Origin: Candidatus Odinarchaeota archaeon
GTDB lineage: Archaea > Asgardarchaeota > Odinarchaeia > Odinarchaeales > Odinarchaeaceae
Assembly: GCA_038826135.1 (NCBI GenBank)
Contig: JAWBON010000057.1
Span: forward strand, 1-7,480
DNA length: 7,480 nt
Direction of reading: 5' to 3'
Both the position numbers and the translations under genes were made by a program. Below the pieces are notes generated by a model. The model saw only the letters and a list, made by a program, of their open reading frames with translations. It was not told where the DNA came from and did no database searches. This document shows, piece after piece, positions 1 to 4,978 of this stretch. The first letter of the stretch is position 1, and each line of letters begins with the position of its first letter.

Positions 1-359
1 GGACAAACATAGCATATACCGATGCCTATACCGAATAAAAGACCGTATGTTATAACAAGACCTATAAGAGTTGTCATAGCTGCTGAGGACATAACCCCTA
101 TAGCCAGTATTATGCCACCTATTATAGTGGCTTTAATCGGACCTATACGCTGCTGCAGTTGACCGGCGAAAATCATTGTTAAACCGAATGCTAGAAGACC
201 GACACCGAAAACGAAGACTGTTAATTCACGGGGCATACCTAAGTAGGGTGATACGAATATAGTCATTACACCCCATGTGTAAATTGTCCCTAAAGCTAGT
301 TGAATTATAACAGCACCGACTACAACAATCCATCTTTTAAAAGGTTTATTCTCAGACAT
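1..359 (-). CDS. MFS transporter, oxalate:formate antiporter (OFA)-like family; N-terminal 119 aa, runs off the left edge
   Basis: Manual translation from ATG 359: MSENKPFKRWIVVVGAVIIQLALGTIYTWGVMTIFVSPYLGMPRELTVFVFGVGLLAFGLTMIFAGQLQQRIGPIKATIIGGIILAIGVMSSAAMTTLIGLVITYGLLFGIGIGICYVC. It has four hydrophobic helices, an MFS motif-A-like loop (AGQLQQRIGP) and OFA-type signatures (G.IY.W, YG...GIG.G..YV). A GGGAG Shine-Dalgarno lies 8 nt upstream. Substrate cannot be determined. Confidence 0.85.
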   Translation of the reverse strand, partial: MSENKPFKRWIVVVGAVIIQLALGTIYTWGVMTIFVSPYLGMPRELTVFVFGVGLLAFGLTMIFAGQLQQRIGPIKATIIGGIILAIGVMSSAAMTTLIGLVITYGLLFGIGIGICYVC

Positions 360-439
360 ATATGTGACTCCCTAAAATTGTAATCGAGTAATTAAATTTC
401 AGCTTTAAACAATCCTCCTTTAAAAGCTTTAGGTAGTTT

Positions 440-449
440 GAAGAAAAAA
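440..449 (-). terminator. Putative archaeal oligo-T terminator of the photolyase gene
   Basis: The minus strand reads TAA TAA TTTTTTCTTC directly after the photolyase ORF; archaeal intrinsic terminators are U tracts. Confidence 0.45.
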
Positions 450-452
450 TTA

Positions 453-1811
453 TTATCTCAAAGAATTAACTTTATCAATATATTTACTGAAAATTAATCG
501 CTTTTTTCTATCAGTCAGACCCATGAATCTAACTTTACCGAATATAGGTCTTTCAGGCCAGGGGCGGTCGTGTTTTCCAAAACACCAAGCGATACCAGCA
601 TAGCTGTTAGGATCCCTACCGTCAACCTCGTATTTATCATTTAAGTAAACAGCCCTGTTATAGGCTTCCTCGATTGTTTCAGACCATTCGATTATTTTCT
701 TACACCAGTACATTCTCATATAGCTGTGCATCTTCCCGGTTTTAACCATTTCAATTTGGCAAGCATTCCAAAGTTGATCGTGAGTTCGACCTTTCTCCAG
801 ATCTTCAAGCGAGTAAATATAAGGTCTTAAATCTCTCTCATGTATGGTTAAAGTTTTTTTAGCCCAGTCCGGAAGCGCTTGAATTGAATCATAATTAGAA
901 TTATAATAAACAAAGTTTATAGAAAGCTCCCGTCTCACCACTAACTCCTCAAGGTAGCTGTCTACACCAGGACTGTTCGATTTAATAACTTCGAGTGCTA
1001 TGTATAAAGGTGAGATCTGTCCGAAATGAAGATAAGGGCTCATACCAGATAAACAATTAATAGAAGGGTCATTTCTAAAATTAGGATAATCATCCAGTTT
1101 CTCCCTGATGAAACTTTTTAAAAAATGTTTAGCTTTACCTGTTCCCCCCTTCAGCGAATCTACAGGTTTCACATCTCTTAATATATTAAGCTTGGAGAGT
1201 GTAAGGTTGATGTCATCTATATCCAGTGACTGGAAATCCATGTTAAGGGAGGAAAATCTCGGCTTCAACTCGGGAAGCGGGATTAAATACTCATGAAGCT
1301 TACGGAAGATTTTAGGTCGGAAAGTAGCTGCCGAATATTCTTCTTTATTAGAAGCTTCTTCAACAGGTACTATTACATTTGTTTCAACCTGGATTAGAGG
1401 GCAAGCCACAGATGCTGCTGCTTTTTCACGCCAATCCCGCTCTATTCTGAGATAACCTCTGTCAACTACGATCAAATTAGCGTTTTCAGCGAATTCATTA
1501 ATAATTGAGGGAGGGTTCCCCTGACGGATTATAAGCAATATACCCCTGTTTTTGAGAGAGCTTTCAACTTCTCTGAGCCCTTCTAACATAAAATAATAGT
1601 GGCGTTCATTAGCTCGCGGAAAATTCTCTGTTAAAGTAAATAAAACAATCAGGGGAGTATGCATTTCATTAGCTTTTATTATCGCGTATTCAAGAGCGTG
1701 GTTATATTCACATCTATGAGATGCTTGCATCCAGTAAAGTATATAGCGCCCACTATAATTTACAGCTTTAGCATTAAGTAATTTTACTCTAGTATGTTGA
1801 ATTGAATCCAT
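453..1811 (-). CDS. phr: Class II CPD photolyase (deoxyribodipyrimidine photo-lyase)
   Basis: 452 aa with class II signatures: YWMQ..R...N.AL..A, SGMSPYLHFGQIS, EEL..RREL, GKMHSYMRMYWCKKI.EW, DGRDPNSYAGIAWC and ERPIFGKVRFM. The class II tryptophan-triad pattern is present (QLW, MYW, IEW). Confidence 0.95.
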   Translation of the reverse strand: MDSIQHTRVKLLNAKAVNYSGRYILYWMQASHRCEYNHALEYAIIKANEMHTPLIVLFTLTENFPRANERHYYFMLEGLREVESSLKNRGILLIIRQGNPPSIINEFAENANLIVVDRGYLRIERDWREKAAASVACPLIQVETNVIVPVEEASNKEEYSAATFRPKIFRKLHEYLIPLPELKPRFSSLNMDFQSLDIDDINLTLSKLNILRDVKPVDSLKGGTGKAKHFLKSFIREKLDDYPNFRNDPSINCLSGMSPYLHFGQISPLYIALEVIKSNSPGVDSYLEELVVRRELSINFVYYNSNYDSIQALPDWAKKTLTIHERDLRPYIYSLEDLEKGRTHDQLWNACQIEMVKTGKMHSYMRMYWCKKIIEWSETIEEAYNRAVYLNDKYEVDGRDPNSYAGIAWCFGKHDRPWPERPIFGKVRFMGLTDRKKRLIFSKYIDKVNSLR

Positions 1812-1922
1812 AATTATTTAACATGGTTTGGCTGGTACTATAATATTAATATTTAGGTTCTGTTAATTGAGTTAACGAAGGGTTAATAAGGTAGATTTTA
1901 TGTAATATAATTGATAATATTA

Positions 1923-1937
1923 TGTAGCGAAGCTACA
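1923..1937. repeat. Perfect inverted repeat TGTAGC-GAA-GCTACA upstream of the longin-GTPase gene (possible operator or hairpin)
   Basis: 6-bp arms with a 3-nt spacer, ending 15 nt before ATG 1953, in the divergent phr/GTPase intergenic region. Confidence 0.4.
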
Positions 1938-1952
1938 CAAAGATGATTAGAA

Positions 1953-2849
1953 ATGATCCATTCAATATACATAATGCGGAAAACTGGTGAAAACATATAT
2001 ACGAAAAAATACGAGCAGAGCAGCATAGATGATAATCTGATTTCAGGGTTCCTAAGCGCGCTTCAAAACTTTGTTTCAGAGGTAAGCAGCGGCGATGTTA
2101 TAAGAACTATAAAAACAGGGAACGTTAAATTCATCTATAATATCATCCATGATATAATAGTTGTAGCTGTAGCAGACCAGGAAGATGATGAGAAAAAAAT
2201 ACAGGAAAAAGTTGAGAAAATCGCTGAAATATTTTATAATAAATTTAAAGTAAACCTTGAAAACTGGACAGGGGATGTAAGCCCTTTTAAACCGTTCGAA
2301 GAAGATTTAGAGGACATAGTATCAGGAACTCTAAAAGTCTCATTAATAGGATACGGTGGCGTTGGGAAAACCACCATACTGAAACTTTTAAAAAACGAGG
2401 AAATACCACTGAAACATAATCCTACAATAGCCGTAGATATAAAACCGTTTAAAGAAATAAATATCTCAGGTTTAAAGCTGATAGTATGGGATTTCGCCGG
2501 TCAGGAAAGATTTGAAAGCCTCTGGAAAATGCTGATAAAAGGGACAGATCTGATAATAGTTGTTGTCGACTCTACAATGATCAACCTGTTAAGAACAAGG
2601 AGAAAAATTATGAAAATGATAGAGGAGGAGAACCCTAAAGCAAAAGTGATAGTGATAGCTAATAAACAAGATCTTCCGAAAGCGATAAAACCGAATATAA
2701 TAGAAGACTTACTTAACGCCCCCACATATGGTTTCGTAGCTATAGATCCATCATATAGAAGAGATATTCTAAAGATAATAAACGAAAAAATAGATGAACT
2801 TTCAAAAGCAAGTAAAAAAGAGAGCAGCGTTGTCGCCAGCGCTGCATAA
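1953..2849 (+). CDS. N-terminal longin-like domain fused to a Ras-superfamily small GTPase (Asgard Arf/Rab-related)
   Basis: GTPase boxes: G1 GYGGVGKTT, G2 NPTI, G3 WDFAGQERF, G4 NKQD and a G5-like FVAI. The N-terminal ~120 aa (MIHSIYIMRKTG...LISGFLSALQNFVSEV...IVVAVAD...IAEIFYNKF) follows the beta-beta-alpha-beta-beta-beta-alpha longin pattern. Confidence 0.85.
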   Translation: MIHSIYIMRKTGENIYTKKYEQSSIDDNLISGFLSALQNFVSEVSSGDVIRTIKTGNVKFIYNIIHDIIVVAVADQEDDEKKIQEKVEKIAEIFYNKFKVNLENWTGDVSPFKPFEEDLEDIVSGTLKVSLIGYGGVGKTTILKLLKNEEIPLKHNPTIAVDIKPFKEINISGLKLIVWDFAGQERFESLWKMLIKGTDLIIVVVDSTMINLLRTRRKIMKMIEEENPKAKVIVIANKQDLPKAIKPNIIEDLLNAPTYGFVAIDPSYRRDILKIINEKIDELSKASKKESSVVASAA

Positions 2850-2861
2850 ATCATAGAAGAT

Positions 2862-3332
2862 TTATCTTCTTCTAAAACCGCGTTTACGCTGATCCCTACC
2901 GCCGTATCCTCTCTGAGACGGCGCGTTGAATGGTCTCCTAAACCGAGGCTGCTCAAATACTTGATCAGACAGGTTCTTATCAGAGTTAACTGTTCCAAAA
3001 TCCTCAGATGTAATCTCTTCAATACTACCGTATTTACCAGTATTCAACCTCATAGAACCCTTAAATAATGTAACATAACCATTGTTAATCTGATATATTC
3101 CACCGTCTTTAAGATTATCTATATCCTCATTCCATAGTGTTAAAAGTATCGACGCTGTCTCATCACCGACTAAGGCTTCAGCAACTCTAAGTGTTTCACC
3201 GGATAGTTTAGACACTACTTCTCTAGGTTCCGTCTTAGACACTACCTTAACCTTTAAATTAACATTTTTAGAGTTAGGTTTTAACTCTTCAACAGTTATA
3301 AACTGTACCACATTCTCGTTTTCTTCAGACAT
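2862..3332 (-). CDS. ssb: Single-stranded DNA-binding protein, single OB fold (crenarchaeal SSB / hSSB1-like)
   Basis: LKPNSKNVNLKVKV, VGDETASILLTLW and NGYVTLFKGSMRLNTG match the Sulfolobus SSB/hSSB1 OB fold, including the base-stacking W, Y and F positions. An Arg/Gly-rich tail follows. Confidence 0.9.
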   Translation of the reverse strand: MSEENENVVQFITVEELKPNSKNVNLKVKVVSKTEPREVVSKLSGETLRVAEALVGDETASILLTLWNEDIDNLKDGGIYQINNGYVTLFKGSMRLNTGKYGSIEEITSEDFGTVNSDKNLSDQVFEQPRFRRPFNAPSQRGYGGRDQRKRGFRRR

Positions 3333-3399
3333 TCAAACTCAACTCATATAGATTTTTAACGCAAAATTATAAGTTAATTTCGCGCAGATTTTTATAAGC

Positions 3400-3500
3400 G
3401 ACCGGGTGATTATGAACGGCTTCCCGCTTAAAATGAGCTTCCAGATCTTATCCAACGGAGGCTTCATACAGCAGGCTCTTAGAGCCGTAATCCCCGCATC
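3400..3500. ncRNA. Candidate structured non-coding RNA or cis-regulatory leader (family unknown, strand unresolved)
   Basis: 51 G+C in 3401-3500 versus 13/50 (3341-3390) and 11/50 (3511-3560) in the flanks. Nested complementary segments form a long irregular hairpin of about 28 bp, and BRE/TATA-like elements point into it from both sides. Confidence 0.4.
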
Positions 3501-3540
3501 CATCCTATTTTAACAGACACTATCATATAAACGTTACGTT

Positions 3541-3560
3541 AAAAATCACTATATAAAATA
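3541..3560 (-). terminator. Putative T-rich terminator of the ESCRT-III operon
   Basis: After the TAG stop the minus strand reads TGTTATTTTATATAGTGATTTTT (T4 and T5 tracts). Confidence 0.35.
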
Positions 3561-3563
3561 ACA

Positions 3564-4205
3564 CTACTCTTTCTCCCGCAGATCTTCCTCTGACAAGGCT
3601 TTTTTCAACTCTTCAACCTCTCGTTTAACCCTCTCACGCTTAGACAACTCCTCCGGCGTCTCACGGGGGGCTTCAGGTAGAATAGCTGTTTCTTCAACAG
3701 CAACTTCACTCTGCAATTTTTCGAATTCTCTATCAATCATTGATTCATCAGCCTCACCCAGTTCAAGAGCCTGCGCGAGCTCGCTCTGTTTAGCTTCAAT
3801 CTCACTAACTAATTCCTGCGTCTCCACTCGTGTATCAATAGCATCCTCGATTGTTAAGATTTTAGTAGCGTTAGAAAGCAGTCTATTCGCTGATTTAAGA
3901 GCCCTATTCATAGCAACCGTGTCCTCAGCTGACTGAATGCTTTCAATCGTATCCTCTAATAGATCTATCTGCTTCTGGTACGTGTTAGAAAGAGTATTAT
4001 ATTTAATCCAGCGCTTAAGCTGACTGCGAGAAGCATCATTATTCCCCTGCTTTAAATATTTTTTAGCCGTTTCCCGGCTGGAAAGCGCCTTATTATAATA
4101 GTTTCTAGTCCGGAGCGTAAACTGGTTTATAGTAGACCTGAGACTGGCTATTGTCTCATCCTTAGATTCTTTTCTTTTCGGAAAAAGTTTTCTCCAAATA
4201 CCCAC
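3564..4205 (-). CDS. ESCRT-III subunit, Vps20/32/60 (Snf7/CHMP4-6-like, ESCRT-IIIB)
   Basis: Snf7-type helical hairpin (AKKYLKQGNNDASRSQLKR...LEDTIESIQSA), acidic C-terminal half and an LPEAP proline motif. The track starts at GTG 4238, but AGGGTGG sits 5 nt before in-frame GTG 4205, giving MGIWRKLFPKRK, so 4205 is preferred. Subfamily assignment is by motif resemblance only. Confidence 0.8.
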   Translation of the reverse strand: MGIWRKLFPKRKESKDETIASLRSTINQFTLRTRNYYNKALSSRETAKKYLKQGNNDASRSQLKRWIKYNTLSNTYQKQIDLLEDTIESIQSAEDTVAMNRALKSANRLLSNATKILTIEDAIDTRVETQELVSEIEAKQSELAQALELGEADESMIDREFEKLQSEVAVEETAILPEAPRETPEELSKRERVKREVEELKKALSEEDLREKE

Positions 4206-4243
4206 ACACACCACCCTACTAAATAAATTATCATCCACCGTTT

Positions 4244-4855
4244 TTAAACGTTAGATTCCCTCATTTTCTCAATTTCTTTTTCCAACTCTGAGATTTTACC
4301 TGAAGGTTCCGGCAAAGACTTCTCAGCTTCCACCGCTATCTCCTGATCTATCTCATTTAAAACTTTTTGAACATCATCTTGCTGAATCTGACTCACTTTA
4401 GTCATGGATAATATACGTCCTTCAGCTAAATCTTTAGCCCCGCTTATATGCTTCATACTCCGATCAATTTCCTCTAATGTTTTAGTTAAATCAGGGATCC
4501 TTATCCGATTTTTAATAACACCTATAACATATTTGAGACTCCCTAGAATCTTCGACACATCGCTTACAGCCTCATTCATTTTAAGATCAACTAGAAGACC
4601 CTCTATACCGAGACGGTAAGAGTCTATTTCAACCACTGAATTTTTAAATTTAAGATAGTGATTTATATATGTTTTAGCAGCCTCCTCATCCCCCTCTAAA
4701 CGTGCTTTCTTAGCTTTCACCCTATTGTTTTTAGCTTGTTTATCAAGCCTTGAACTTTCAATTTCAAGCTTTCTACAAACGATTTCAAGTTTCCTATTCA
4801 ACTCAGATAGTTTAGGCCCTCTTAACCAAGATACGAGTCTATCCAGAAATGGCAT
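4244..4855 (-). CDS. ESCRT-III subunit, Vps2/24/46 (CHMP1-3-like, ESCRT-IIIA)
   Basis: RKLEIESSRLDKQ and AKKARLEGDEEAAKTY resemble CHMP2/3 helices 1-2. Basic N-terminal half, acidic C-terminal half and a MIM1-like terminal helix (SELEKEIEKMR). AAGGTG Shine-Dalgarno 6 nt upstream of ATG 4855; adjacent to vps4. Confidence 0.82.
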   Translation of the reverse strand: MPFLDRLVSWLRGPKLSELNRKLEIVCRKLEIESSRLDKQAKNNRVKAKKARLEGDEEAAKTYINHYLKFKNSVVEIDSYRLGIEGLLVDLKMNEAVSDVSKILGSLKYVIGVIKNRIRIPDLTKTLEEIDRSMKHISGAKDLAEGRILSMTKVSQIQQDDVQKVLNEIDQEIAVEAEKSLPEPSGKISELEKEIEKMRESNV

Positions 4856-4978
4856 TTAAAGCACCTTTAAAGCAACTAATAATATACTATTCATTTTAAA
4901 CATTTAAACCATTACGCTGTAATAAAAATATTAAGAAGAATACATAGTTTATTTAAGTATACTTTATTAAATATAATT
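4856..4978. promoter_or_regulatory. Divergent promoter region between the ESCRT-III operon and vps4-vps25
   Basis: 123-bp very AT-rich spacer between head-to-head genes. TATA-like TTTATTTA (4948-4955) and TTTATTAA (4963-4970) on +, about 30 nt before ATG 4979 and ATG 4991; TTTAAATG (4908-4901) on -. Exact boxes are unverified. Confidence 0.5.

Noticed and set aside
1108-1296. 62-aa + ORF in the track
   Set aside because: Antisense shadow lying entirely within the photolyase gene; no recognisable motif.
1842-1853. 12-bp palindrome AATATTAATATT upstream of phr
   Set aside because: A/T-only in a very AT-rich spacer; likely chance or part of the TATA region.
2501-3022. 173-aa - ORF in the track
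   Set aside because: Overlaps ssb out of frame and the GTPase in antisense; its hydrophobicity mirrors the Lys/Glu-rich codons on the opposite strand.
453-3332. phr and ssb near ESCRT as a DNA-damage/membrane-remodelling regulon
   Set aside because: Different transcription units with no shared motif found; proximity alone is insufficient without synteny data.
3412-3467. AUGA motifs in the hairpin suggesting a eukaryote-like SECIS element
   Set aside because: No opposing GA for the non-Watson-Crick quartet, AUGA-to-AA spacing does not fit, and no neighbouring gene appears to need UGA readthrough.
3400-3515. tRNA, box C/D, H/ACA or SRP RNA identity for the structured element
   Set aside because: No cloverleaf or T-loop, no RUGAUGA/CUGA pair, no ACA at the proper distance from a pocket, and too short for SRP or RNase P RNA.
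4203-4210. (CA)4 tract at the ESCRT-IIIB start as a phase-variation site
   Set aside because: Too short; explained by the overlapping Shine-Dalgarno and GTG codons.
4404-4619. 71-aa + ORF in the track
   Set aside because: Antisense shadow of the ESCRT-IIIA gene.
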